Source of the DNA: Amphiscolops sp. MND2022
Lineage: Eukaryota
NCBI GenBank assembly: GCA_964187785.1
Contig: OZ076409.1
Coordinates: 92,692,001 to 92,756,000, forward strand
DNA length: 64,000 nt
Reading direction: 5' to 3'
A program made the position numbers and the translations under genes. The notes under the pieces were generated by a model. It ran no database searches. It was given only the letters and a program-made list of their open reading frames with translations, and was not told the origin of the DNA. Positions 38,701 to 51,760 of the stretch are shown one piece after another (positions within the stretch are counted from its first letter, which is position 1; each line of letters begins with the position of its first letter).

Positions 38701-39730
38701 GAATGGAATAGTTCACAATTCCTCCGAAAAGCCCTCACTTGGAGGACTGTGGGAGGCTTCTGTCAGAAGAATGAAACATCATTTGCGTCGTGCCATGGTA
38801 AAGCAGATACTAACACATGACGAATTCAACACACTTCTCACACAGATTGAAGCTATCTTGAATTTGAGGCCACTGACAGAATTATCTACAGACCCAAACG
38901 TTTTTCTTCCACTCACTCCTGGACACTCACTGATCGGTCGCGCTTTGAATGAATTCACTTTTGAAAGAAATTCAGACGCAAAGGTCACATTGAACGTGTG
39001 CTTCAAACTACTTGAGAACCTAAATGCAGCCTTCTGGAAGTCTTGCAGTCAAGATTATCTGGTATATCTTCAAGTACGAAAGAAGTGGCCTAATAAAGGT
39101 GAAAAGTTCAAGGAAAATGAATTAGTCCTAATTGCTGAGGATAACATCAAGCATCTCCTGTGTGAGATGGGCCGAATCATCAAAACGTAAACTGGCAACG
39201 ATGACAACAAGAGTTGTGAAACTCGAAATCATCAATCGGACCATCATGTGGCCAGTTGTGAAGCTACAAAAACTTGCCATTAGGCCCACAGGTCAACGAA
39301 GTTGCAGAATTAAAGGTTACGTCAGCTTTTGCAAAAGTCAATACGTGAGCCAATCACACGTTACATACTCCTTTGAGAGGTAAAAAATCAGTGATTTTGG
39401 TCGAAAATCAAAAATATCGCTCTGAACATCGAAAGTGCAATTAGATCACTGTTTGGCATGATAGCTTTTTTTACGAGGACCTTTTCGAAAAACGGCTAAT
39501 CTTTGGAAAAATTGTACTTTACTGAACTTTTTCATTCGTCTTGGCGACTTTCACTCCAATCATCAGCTTTTTTATCACGTTTTTTGATACGGAACGGTTC
39601 TTACAGCTTCTTCTGGTTACCACCGTACGTATATCACCGATTGCAGCCTTGATGTTTATCATTTATCTTTTCAATATGAGAGATCTTGATAGAAAAACGT
39701 CGCTTCCGAAAGAAACAACTAACTTTCGAG

Positions 39731-40973
39731 TCACATTGACTTCTCTTTCTTGGCAGAAACTTTAAAATTCTGCTCAGTATCTTCAACTTTGGAAGCAGAA
39801 CACTCTTTGGCACTCGACTGCAAAAGTCTTTTTTCTGCTATGGCTGCAACCAGCGATATGCGACGTAATCTTAAAGATTTACTTATATTTCTTGAAACTC
39901 GAGTTTTTTCAGCTATAATCACTCATTCAATGCCATATACGGCTATCCTTCTTACAACTTCTTTTCATACTGCATCTACACACCTTCCAAATTATTTAAC
40001 CTTTTCGGTTCTCTCAAAACAGTCGATCGACCCCGATTTGACTTTGATTTCTTGTTAAATATCCTTGCAGACATTGACTTTAATTTCCTAATTGCTTCAG
40101 TTCTCATGTTCTTGTTTGATATGACTGCATTCAGAGTAATATCGGGACCCATTGTTTCTAGTCCTTTTCTCAAGATCTCATGACGGATGCCGGAGCAAAA
40201 TTTACTAAATAATTGTGACTTGATGACCGGATCAAAAAAATTATGCGCCTCCCGACCACTAACTAAAAAAGGCCCTTTTGATATTGTTAATACTGCGTGG
40301 GCACTCAGCGAAGCCTCAACAATCAAATCGGAGCTTTCTGTCACATGAAACAATATGTTTTTCTCACACTCCAACTTTGGACCTGCAATGACCCACGATC
40401 AAAATACGAAGGTGTTGAAATCATGTTGAAGAATTGTTCAGAAGCAGCGCTTTTACATGCTATCATCAAAAACATCTGTCCTATTGGCGTTATCGAAACT
40501 GATGCATCTCCACCTTCTTTCACAAGTCCATCTGTATACCACTGTCCCACTCCAGGTAATGCTGAAAAAAGAAGAGCTCGAACGTGCTCAGTAGTACTAT
40601 TTTGACTGAGACCCTGCATGTGCAAGGAGGTGGGGAATGACCTAAGAAAGTTTTTCGGTGGCTCAATTTGGCTTGTCTCCTTTTTTTCAGCAAACAGTTT
40701 AACATTTCGAAAAAAAGGAGTTCAATTGTCTTTTATTTTGACGGCATTCAGAGTTTCTCCAGTTATTTCAAAAAGAAGTTGACTACGAATAACTAGTGGT
40801 TGTTTTATCCTAACATCAACTAATAGTCTGCTCAGACCTTTATTTTGAATATCTGCACCAACATCAACCCACGTACTACAACCATTTCCATCTAATCGAG
40901 GCAGTGAACTCCAACCCAACTCGCCGACGTGACCAGTTCGACACCAATGAAGTAAATGACTCAAGCAATGCAT
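39731..40973 (-). pseudogene. Decayed antisense ORF of unknown function in the BEL 3' region
   Basis: ORFs 40973-40722 and 40625-40341 share a frame and are separated by one TGA; a frameshift leads into 40374-39976 and probably 39922-39731; acceptor-like TTCTTCTATGTTTCAG ends 7 nt before the ATG. Confidence 0.55.
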
Positions 40974-41025
40974 TTTGTATCTGAAACATAGAAGAAATTA
41001 TTTCAATCATTCAAGGCCGGCGGAT

Positions 41026-41267
41026 TGTTGAGACATTGAAAAGTCGAAGGTATTTGTACTTCAACGACTCATATCTTCAAGCGACAAAACACATTTCTAC
41101 ACAATAACTTTAAACATGCTCTAGCATTTATTCATGCAGTACTTAAAATTTCATTCACTCCTTTGTCGTAACTTTCATCATTGCATTGTGTTGACTTCAA
41201 TTCAACCTTTTGTAAAGACTTTCCCACATTTCTTGAACAAACATAGAAACTTCATTCAGACGAAACA
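41026..41267 (+). repeat. BEL 3' LTR
   Basis: TG...CA termini, homologous to the 5' LTR, preceded by a PPT-like tract. Confidence 0.85.
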
Positions 41268-41280
41268 TGGTGCGTAGAAA

Positions 41281-42135
41281 CAGGGACTTCGAGTGTCCGG
41301 CTTTCAGAGGAACCGAACAGAAAATAGCAACTAGGAACCAACCGGGAACCGGAATCTGTTCAGTTCCTCTGAAAGGAACCGCAACCAGACTTTCGGATCA
41401 CACCACTGTTAAATTAAGAAATCGGTCGAGTTATATACTAAAGTTACACTTAACGCATAAGTTTCCTGGGGAAACATGAAATGAAAACAAATTTCATTTG
41501 TTATCAAGCTTGTGAGCGTGTACAACGATTTATTTTCATTCAGAAAGACACTTTGGGAATGGTTTTCAGGTCTTAAAAGACCCGATCTTGAAAGAGTTTT
41601 CGGCGCTGAAGGTACTTTTTGCTCAACCGACAAAAGAAAGTGAAAAGAGGTTTTCAGGGCCGACAATGTCGGCCGAAAGGTTACCATGGATTCTAAAACA
41701 TCAAAGTCATCTTCTTCCCCTCGACCGGTAATTGAATGAAATGATAGCACGTCAATGATCAAGTACGCGTGATCCGCAGTAGGTTGTTGAGCCTTCAGCT
41801 CTGACGAAAGAACAGTGTGTGGTATTTCGTCAAAAAACGACCTGTCTAGCAAGCTTTGATCTGGTCAGACAATACCGAACAAGGTCCACTTTTGATATAC
41901 CTACCACGTTTGATGCAATTTATATTAACCGTTCTGCGCCCATTTACGTACGCAACAATGAATTTTGAACACCATATTGTCTGGCTTGAATTTTTTTTCA
42001 CTGCAATATTCTGTCATATCAACCAGCGCATCTTCCGCATTCTTCGTCATCACCCCCGTCATCACGATTCTGAAACAACGTAAAGTTACAAACCGAAACC
42101 GGAATACAAACAGACAGAACGGGAACCTCAATTTC
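41281..42135 (-). mobile_element. hAT transposon relic (C-terminal dimerisation domain fragment)
   Basis: Minus-strand DDFDVLES..FRPTLSAL...SVEQ...RSGLLRPE...VFLNENK resembles the hATC domain; CAGGG start and GGAACCG subterminal repeats. Confidence 0.5.
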
Positions 42136-42154
42136 TGAATAAGATCTAATCGAA

Positions 42155-42676
42155 GAATCACAAGTCACTTGGCCCCGAGTCATTTGGCTTGTATTTTTCG
42201 CCCAACCATTTGAATTAAAACTTGGGAAACTAAGCGAACGCCATTTCAACTCAAGCAATGGCTAAGAACAATTTATTCAAGATCAAAACTGCAGTGAATT
42301 CTGAAAGAAATTTTGAGGAACAACAACAAACGAAATTGTTAGGAATTGTTCAGCATCTTTGTTGTATGGCTCTATCGGTTTGCTCCCTTCACCAAGTAGC
42401 AATATTTAGGCATGGCCATATTGCACGGCGCTCCGCTTCCTTCACTTCGCACTTGCATTTAGGGCACTAGGGGCATGTGAACATAGTTGACTACGTTATA
42501 AAATTGTTTCGACAATAACTGAACGAGTTTTCAACTTGGTGATTTTAAGCCAAACAACATTGAGCCAAGTGACCTTTACCCGAGACATTTGGCAGTAAAA
42601 ATTTAAGACAAGTGACCAAATTTATTAGGCCAAATGACTTTGAGCAAAGTGACTTTGAGTCAGGTGACCAAATACC
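42155..42676. mobile_element. Degenerate Mutator-like MITE with GTCACTTGGC/GCCAAGTGAC arms and core A
   Basis: Core 42350-42500 aligns with 6183-6336; inverted GTCA(C/T)TTGG arrays; TSD-like AATCGAA/AGTCGAA. Confidence 0.65.
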
Positions 42677-42925
42677 AGTCGAAAAGGTAAAACTGGTATC
42701 TAGCACTAGTAGCTAGCAAGAATAACGTCTAGAATGTGTTTCAGGGAAAAATATCTAAACGAATAACGTCTGAAAATCAATGTTTTAAGATAGGGAAAGA
42801 ACACGACTTGGCTTTAAATTTTATTCACGTTTTGCTTTTAGATGCCATTCTTTAGACGTTATTCCCGCTCGCCATCTAACACAAATTATATGTACCGGAT
42901 CTATTTTTTCGATTCAAAGATTACT

Positions 42926-43020
42926 ATAACGTAGTCAGCTTTGTTGACATACCGCTAGTGCCCCATGGCCATGCCTAACTGTTGCTGTTTGGCGAAGAGA
43001 GCGAAGTGATACAGCTAAAC
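42926..43020 (-). repeat. Inverted, internally deleted copy of core A
   Basis: TATAACGTAGTCAGC...CTAGTGCCC...TGGCCATGCCT is the reverse complement of core A. Confidence 0.7.
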
Positions 43021-43099
43021 AACAAGAGACCCAGTACCAGGCCGTACAAAATCATATCCAGTACTCCTGTCGAAAACCTATACTAGACAGTTTCCACAG

Positions 43100-46000
43100 T
43101 TTTTAAACTTACTGCCAAATGTTTCAACATACTTATATCTTTTTTTTGATCGCCGACGTGTCGATCAATGGGTACACCTAAAACTTTGCATTGAACTGAC
43201 TTCTTCCCTAGTAAAAACTACATGAATCGTCTCCCAGTGATTGGGGCATTCAATGTTTTTCATTGATGAAGTAGTGAAGTCCGATAAATATTCTAATATT
43301 TTTCTAACGGAAGTTTATTGATTTGAAACACTTCCAGAGAAATCTCAGACATTTCATCACTACAAAAAGAAAATCATCGTCAGGATACTGTAGAATATGA
43401 GCAGATTTGCGTTTTGGCTCTGGATTATCATCCGCATGCGTTGGAAACAGCTCTTCCACGACTGTTCCTCGGAGAATTGTTTTTTTTTCAGTTCATTGCT
43501 TTCTGATACAACACCATCGATAGAAGCTTGTTGCAATCGATCTGTTAAAAATTTTCCAAAATTGGTATCACTGAAAACGTAACAATTGAAGTTTGTTCAG
43601 AAGAATTTGATGCAGCAGCGCATCAAAGGCTTTTCATAGAAAAATAGGACCGCATATACTTTTTGCCCATTTTCGATTTCGTGTAGGATAATATTCAAAA
43701 GCTCAAAAAAACTCCCTGGGCAAAAATGTTTGATCGAAAACGAAATCGAAACGGTGTTACTTTTGTTCATTTCCCTGTGTGGTATTTGCTTATGCAAACA
43801 TTTCTAAAGATATTGAGTCATAGGAGTACTGGTTGGAATGGGGCTATAATTTAACCGGCTAAAGATGTCATCGTTTGATATTACAGACCTTTCGAGCATA
43901 GAAGCGAACACACAAACTTTAGTGCAACAATTCAAACCGATTGTGAGGTGCGGGAGCAAAGCGATGTGATCGTCAAGAATTGCCCTGGAAGGAACTTCGC
44001 GAGGACCAGTTATCTCGTTTCGATTTTCTTCCAAAAAATCATAACGATCTTTTTGTAATTGGCCAGAGACAGTACGCCACGTCACTGTCCTTGCAAAAAA
44101 GAACTCTTCCTTACTCTTTACAAAAACATTGACCTAGCTTCGAGATGATGTTTAGGTATCTTTTGATGAAAGTTTCTTTTCATCGACAATCGAATCTCTA
44201 GCAAAATGTTTTAATGGTGCAACGTTATCTGACTAATTTTGTCCCCTTACGTCGTTGTCGAAAATCCAGCAACCTTTGGACGATTTAGGAAAATTGAAAA
44301 AAAAACTGTTTTTGTTTCACGACAATCAACATTCACGTTCATTAAATACCGTGAGAAGGCCTTTTTTCTGATGTTTTTTCCGGACTGGTTTTCTGAGGTC
44401 AGTTGCTGTTCACGTTTTCCATGGCATTGATAGCAGACAAAGAAACATATTGAACAAAGCGAAAGAACTAGAGCAACAATTGATTTTGGACCACGGAATA
44501 TGTGATAATGTTTGGGAAAAACGTTCATCATGGAATTTGTCTCGTGAAATTTTATGCTTTTCATTCACCCAACATTTGCATCTGTGAACATAACATGACC
44601 GAAGTGATCAGGAGGTGTCAAAAACAAAACTTTTCAAATCAGCATTCTTTTCAACTAGTATATAATCGATCTAGGTTTTGTTGGTTTTGTATACACGGGT
44701 TCATAAGCTTGAACAGGCTACATACTGTAAACCTGAGATAACACTACAGCGTCCATTTTTCTCTCTAAAGCGGAAGGAGGTAATCCATGGTACCGTCACC
44801 CAAAAGCGTTATTCCCACAAGAGGTCCCATCAAGGTTTGTCATTAAACCTTCCAGGAAACCAATCGAGTCTTTTTTAAGTGATTGTGAGTTTCTTGGAAA
44901 CTTTTTAAGACCTGCAGTGTCTCGAAAAGACCACAGCAACACTCTTCCCATAGAGATTCAAAAGTGGATTCGTCGAAAAGGTATAAATCTACACAACCTC
45001 AACAAGCTAGTTTTAGGGGTACCAAATGCATCAGTACTCCTAAGGCATTTGAAAAGTGAATGAGATTTCGGAGCTACTCTCCATCAACACACTTTATTGG
45101 TGTGTGTGAGGCAGTATCGAGAAAAGCCAATCATATTGTTTAAACCGATGTTCTTCAAATCAGACTCCAAATGCGTATGCTTTTGGATACAACTTCGAAG
45201 GTCAAAGAACCAAAACGTGACCTGATTTTATAATTCTCAGGCACTTTGAAAACGTTTTTGTGTCTTCTCAGAACGTGGATTTAGTTAAATGTCACTGCAG
45301 CACAATTACAAAAAGACAGCATACAAAGAAATTACTCTGTCAGATTTTCGAAAGCCCTCTAGATTGTTATTTTTGAAACTTTTGCATCGATTTTTAAGTA
45401 GTTACAGATTTGAACATTGAAGCATACAGAAGCTGTTAAAAACCAACATTTTCTTTGTGATTGTTATTCTTGAAAAAAAATAGGAATTGTAGTAAAAACT
45501 CTCCGAACTTAAGTTATTTTGTTTTGCAATTCACGTGCTATTTCAGCACGAAGGGAAGTAAGGTCATCATTGACAAAAGGTACACTACTTTTCCATTTGC
45601 CTCTGTTTTTCACCACTTGATGTCGAACAAACTTTTCAATAGGCGATTTAGGCCAAGTACCACCACTTGGTAAACGATGACAGCTACTACTGTCATTTTT
45701 GGTTATTGTTACGACCCATCACACTAAACACCTTTGCAAAGACATCCCGCCTGGTTTCTCCCCCTCGCCAAATGTCCTAGCAATTTCCCTGCTCCCATTT
45801 TGTCGAATGATGTCGGCCTCGATGATAAAAGCAGTTGCTCTTCAGCAGAACATCAAAACTTTTTGAACGCTTCAACGATGTAATAAATACAGCCGGATGG
45901 TCTAGAAAACCGTCTAGAAAAGTTTCCGGATTCAGAATTGGTGCGCATATATTGGTCCAGATGAAGCAGTCACTCTCGTTTTGGATTTTTATAAAGAAAA

Positions 46001-46500
46001 CGGAAAAAGAAATCCTAACGAGCAGAACCTTCCGAATTGGTTTATGACATGAATAATATTAAAAATTCCACAATTTCACAAGTTTCAAAGTTTTCTAAAT
46101 TAACACAGTTTTCAATTCCTACCCATCTGGAATATTTTCTCGATCTGAAAGATTCAATCTGCAATAAATAGTGTAAGTACATGAAAAGTCAACTCTGTTA
46201 GCATCAAGTTGAAAGAACGTACTGTAGCTTTCTAAGATGTAAGGTTTTTAATGGAAGCAATCGTTAAGTCGCATCCGGAAAACCACAAGCAATAGAAATT
46301 ATTCATTCGAGAAAACAAAACACTTTGTTTTGAGGGAGATTTCGACAAGAGCGATTCACAAGCAACGGAAATGAATAAACTGCATGAAATATCGGACATT
46401 AAACGAGTTGTGGGAAGCTCGAGCTTCTCTGAACAACTTTGCCCTTTAAACACCGGCGCTAGCATTCTAGAGAGAGAATAATCTCTCAGATATGCGCCTT
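43100..46500 (-). mobile_element. Highly decayed LINE (APE/RT remnants)
   Basis: Minus-strand ITGPREVPSRAI...PHLTIGLNCC...NYSPI and VYAVLFF..KAFD-like RT fragments (43600-44050); boundaries approximate. Confidence 0.55.
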
Positions 46501-49500
46501 AGAAACAGAAAAAACCTTTATTGTGTATATTAATCTGAATCGTCAGTTTGTTGGCACCTAATTTTTGTACCGAAATTGCATCGGATCAAACTAGCACTGT
46601 GTTGCTAAACGTTTGAAAAATGTTTTGTGGAGCTTGGAAGCTCAGAAGCGCGGTTCTCATCAAACTTTTTCCGCAGAAGAGAAAAATCAGTTGAGAGCAA
46701 CAGTTACCAACTGTTCATAGTGAAGCACTTTTCAGTAGGAAAACTACTTTCAATTTCATTTTCGCAAATGTTTTCGATACCTTTTTCCACATTTCAGCTT
46801 GCGTGGGCAGGACGCAGTGATGTGCTGCTCCACACTTGTAGTAAGTTCAGTAGCATTCAGAGCGCATCAAAAACAAACTACGAACAACTCGTGCAAAATA
46901 ACACTTAGGTAGAGAAAGTAAAACTTATCATTGCATGCAACTCAGAGATCTGAACCCAATAAGTTCCGCAATCTGTTCATGTCATACATTGAGTACCTTC
47001 AGAAAGTATGCAATTCTCGAGTTTATGAGAGCAAGAAGGAGAAATATCGAAAGAAACAAACAAAAATTGCGCCGTTTGCAAATGAGGTAACTTCACACGT
47101 TATATGAAAGAATTGTTTTTGTTGGAAACATTTATGGGCAAAAATTCTTGGTACTATTTTAGACGTCTCGGAGCAACGTGGAAACAAAAAAACTTGACGA
47201 CGTTTCCACACATCTGAAACTAATATTCGTTATCATTTTTGAGGTTTAACTATTCGAAAAGGAGCGTCACGCTCTCAGGTGTCCTTTACCAAAGTAACGA
47301 TCTTCTTTGGATGTCGTGGAACAGTCTGTTCGCAAAGTCTATTACTCGTAGAGACGTTAAAAAAAGGCACAAATCACTCTACGTTGGTTTGATACTCGTT
47401 CGTAAAATTGGAACCGAGGCGTGATCCCCGAGCTAATAGCAATGGAAGTGCACTAGGTCGACCTCCAACAGGTGAATACGCAAAGCTCAGAGTAAGTCTT
47501 CTTCTATATCGAAATGAAAAGCTATAGAGTATCAGGCTACAAAAGTGTGTTTTCGGAACCATAAGGCACACGTGGGGGAACGCGAGCTCTATTTAAACCG
47601 ACCCCGAATGTCAGGTAAATCGTCACCGGATGATCCGACGATCAATTGCGCGTACAGTATTGTTTATTCAGGCCACACAAGACGGCACGCGAAAAAAGCA
47701 TTTCACTTTGACTTGTAATACCTGAAACGAACCGTGAAAACGAAAGTAGTCAGTTGCTAACGTGAAGGGAACTGTATTTGTGTTCCCATCAAGGGACGCG
47801 AGTAACTGCCTTATGTAAACAAACCATACGCATATCTTGTAACACGGAAACCCTCGACCCTAGAACAAAAGATGGGTAAGACACACAATTAAAACATGTA
47901 AATCAGCAACTTTTGCTTGAGATTTTATGCATTTCAATTAGATGAGAAAATTCGCGGCGAATCGCAGTCAGAAAACCGTTAATGGAGCTTCCGTATGTAA
48001 ATTTCTTCGAGCAAGTCTTTTGAGTAGCTGTTATGGCATCAAGGATGTTTAGTCGAAGTAAAACTAGATGCGCTTGCCATGTTGTCAAAAGAACAGGTAA
48101 ACATGAAGGTAGAATTATGCACACTTAAGATACCGACTCCCAGTACTGTAAACATCAAGTATGATAGAATGCGAAGTTGAGACCACTAGAAAAAGTGCGA
48201 TGAGTAAAAACACTCGAGGCCGTTTTGGAATATACTGTAGGAGACAAAACCGACAAAACCGAGTTAGAGAGCCACAAGCAATATTTGATAATTAGTGATT
48301 ATTGTTAAAGAATAGTTCTTGACTTTCTTTTTGAAATGTAGTTAAAATATTACTTCAGCTTTCTTTGTCATTTCAAAAAAAAACAACTCGAGCTACTGGA
48401 GAGATTTGCATATGCGGGTTTACGATAGAGAAAGCTGATCCGTACTCACCAAAACCTGATAACGTTAAATGCTTAGGAGATTCGAAACGCCCTTGATATG
48501 TTAATTTTCTATAAATATTTTTAAATCATAACATCTTAGGGGCTTCGACAATACTATGGTGGTCAATTCAGTAAAAAGTTTTTCAAAAATTTTGGGTAAA
48601 ACTGGACTAAATGTTAGAACTAAATTTGTCTTTTAAAAAGCCTTTCGTCTCTTCTATTCTTTCTATCGCATGAAATCCAAACATACACACAGTAAGCTAC
48701 CGAACTTTTACGAACATCTGGTGCTTTATATGTTTCTGAACTTTTCAATTAGAAAACAAGTATCTGCAATAACTGCTTCGGTGTTTGCTTCTCTAACATC
48801 AATTGATCCATCGGTGTCCTGTTTTTGTGTGAATTTGAGCTCAATGCTCTGTTTTCTGCAGTTTTACACTCTTTGGTTTGATCATGATCTCGAAATTTCA
48901 CCTCTATTTTTTCAAATTATTTCAATTACAGAACAAAACATAGTTTTCGCGTTCTCAGTTTCACCTATGCCAGAACAGTGCGGAAACCTTTTTTAAAATT
49001 GAATTTTTCGAGTTTTTACTTCGAACACTCGACGAGTATCACATCGACAGTTATCGTCTCCAAATTTGTAGTCGTCTCAGCAAGTTAGATTGAAAATATC
49101 TTCAAAATTATCAGAGCATGTAACTGGATTGTGAGCAGAAAAAGTTTCAGAGTTTCAGTCTGAGCCGAAAAATTCGGAAACCTCATTTCTAATTTCTGGA
49201 AGAATATGCAATAAGTTTCAAAATAAACGTAACATTGGGCGCCGTTTTATTGTTTGGGAGCAATGCAACTTCGTAAGGTTTTCCATTGAGCTCCACGAAA
49301 AGCATCGACAGTGGTGAAAGTAATTTCCAGAAAATTATTTACGAATAAATTGGTTGTTTCCATCTGAATGTTCAGTTCAAACGTTTTGTGAGAAGTTTTA
49401 AACATAGCGTTTCGTTTTACCGTATGGGAGGAAAAGGTACTGCTGTGCGTAAACTTTTGATAGCCTACTGAATTTGTGAACTGCTTGAAATTCTTAAAAA

Positions 49501-50522
49501 ATATTACTGTTACTTTTTCAAATTCGCTGCTCTTTTTGAGATATTCGAGAGTTTGATATTTTGTTGCTTTGCCCCCAGCTGGGCAGTGAATGGTGTAAAA
49601 CAAAAACTCAGTCTAAAGAGAAGGAAATGGGAAATGAATGAAAGGAAGAAAGACAACAAAAAGAAACAACACTTAAAACAATTAGTACCTAATTATGATT
49701 CATTGTTATATGAGAACAACGGCGCTGAAATAATATAACACTTAAATAGAAACTCACACAAGTATCTGTATGCTAATATAAATACATACATATATACGGT
49801 ACACTAACCAATACAGGGGTTTTGTGCAGTTAATAGTTTCAATACAGTGCCTTATAATTGATAACAGTTGGAACGCACGGCCCTGCAAGCGGCCTGAGAA
49901 AGTTAATGGCAGTAACTCGGCCTGGCAGTCGGCCTCAAATATCCGAATTGAGCAGCGGCTACCTCTAGAAATGATTACTTCATTCTAATATAATCACAAA
50001 TGCGCTGCTGTTAAATACATGTAAACTTACTTATTGAATTCAAATTATTGTTGAAGCGATGCGGAATATGTAAAAATACCGTTGGGATGTAATGTGGCCC
50101 TGGACGTGCCCCAGGCCAAAGGAACTTTAAATTCATTGTAGAAATGGATTGCGTTTATGATTTTGGTAATTACACCTTTTAATAGAACTAACATTTAGTA
50201 TTTTTGTTAATAAGCGATATTTGTTGATTACATGCAGTCTCCAATACAGATTTCCAAACAAATAAGATTTAATCTGTTGATTGTCACAGACGACAGCCTG
50301 GGTTTAGGATTTTCTCTTCATGTGATTTGACGCTAGTATTTCTTTGAAACTTTAGTATTTTGAGTTAGTTATGATCTTCGCGCAGTATTTTGTATATTTT
50401 AAGTTGAATTGTGAGACATTTTGTCTCTGTAAAAATTTGATCGTCTTTATTTTGGTTCAATTTTCTTCATCAGTTGTACTCAATGATTCATCCCATATTT
50501 TCGACGCTGAGTTTACCTTCGG

Positions 50523-50722
50523 NNNNNNNNNNNNNNNNNNNNNNNNNNNNNNNNNNNNNNNNNNNNNNNNNNNNNNNNNNNNNNNNNNNNNNNNNNNNNN
50601 NNNNNNNNNNNNNNNNNNNNNNNNNNNNNNNNNNNNNNNNNNNNNNNNNNNNNNNNNNNNNNNNNNNNNNNNNNNNNNNNNNNNNNNNNNNNNNNNNNNN
50701 NNNNNNNNNNNNNNNNNNNNNN
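50523..50722. other. Assembly gap (200 N)
   Basis: Run of N. Confidence 1.
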
Positions 50723-51760
50723 AATACTCTTCAAAGCGATTGGAGGATCTTCAATCGTATTTGTCTTGGTGCTTACTTTTCCCACGAAACGTAGGCGCGG
50801 CGAATTCACGTTTCATTTTTCCGGGACCACTTGTTGTGTTGGCTCCGTTTCAACAGTTTTCGTTTGGAGGGTTTTTTCGCATGTGTCGCATTTAGGGTTT
50901 TGGGGGACTGCATTGTTTTTGTCCACTTTTTCGGCTTTTGTTTCTAATTACCGATCTTTTGCAGTTTGCAACATGGGGCTTTGTATTGGCCGTCTTTGCC
51001 GCAGTGGAAACAGTCACTTCTTTGGTTCTGTTCTCGTTTTGGTTCAGATGCAGCTTCGACATAATTCAATGGTACCATAGTAGGTTCGTCACTGCGCCTA
51101 GTCCATTTAGGCGCATTTCTCTTTGCAGATGCAAAACTATGTCGTTATAAGGATTATCCTCTAAATAAGCCCTTTTGAGTATTTTTTAGATCCTGATCTG
51201 TCATTTTTGCAAGATCGCCTTGTCGATAAGTTGTTGTACCTCTGCTCCGAAGGCTTCTTTCGCTGATTTTTTTCGAGAACATCTAGGGCATCTAGGAAAA
51301 TCTTGTTTTGTGGGATCAAAGTGGAACGTATCCAACTGACATCTTGCTTTAGCGGAGGAACGAAAGTGCCCGAAGCGAATTATGAATGCCGTGATTATTT
51401 CTTATAAGTTGTCGTCTTTCGCGTCATCTGAGTTGCAGTACGCTTGGAGTGCGTTTCCGCGTGGTAGCGAATGCAAATAGTTTTTTTTGTATCTTGGTGA
51501 GATGAGGGTACGTTTTAATGTTTTTAGAATGAGTTCTCGATTAATTCAATTTTTTTCGGACTTACCGTCGGAAACTGGGAGTAACGCAGCTAGTGCGCTT
51601 GGCATCGGTAGTACGTTGGTGGGTTGGTATGATTGCTGTTGAGGCGCAAACAGTAGTTTCGAGCTTGTCGGTTGGTCTTCTGCTGATTTACTCTGCGACC
51701 GTTGTTTTCTTTTCGTTTTTGTACCAATAATGGAAAGATCGAGAAAGAAGTGTGACCAGC
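50723..51760 (-). mobile_element. Decayed LTR-retrotransposon gag-like fragment
   Basis: Minus-strand broken frame NYLHSLPRGNALQAYCN...KEAFGAEVQQLIDKAI...RAYLEDNPYNDIVLHLQREMRLNGLG followed by a degenerate Cys knuckle. Confidence 0.5.

Larger units (their letters stand above)
24971..41267 (+). mobile_element. BEL/Pao LTR retrotransposon, full-length but decayed, with nested insertions
   Basis: LTRs TGTTGAGACA...GAAACA at 24971-25791 and 41026-41267; TSD GGGTG/TGGTG; PBS-like TGGTGCCGCG at 25797; PPT-like AAGGCCGGCGGA; gag knuckles (CPCCPENHKIYSC, CKTCHGKH), protease AILDIGAQ, RT VFDGSA/MTRVTYG/FYKDDF, integrase GLDLAGPF, SDKDTNF, GGLWEASVR, LTPGHSLIG. Confidence 0.9.

Noticed and set aside
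41268..41285. TGGTGCG as a primer-binding site starting a new LTR element
   Set aside because: TGGTG matches the target-site duplication GGGTG left of the 5' LTR, the LTR is preceded by a PPT-like tract, and no gag follows
50371..50895. ORFs spanning 50371-50895
   Set aside because: Artefacts of the 200-N gap
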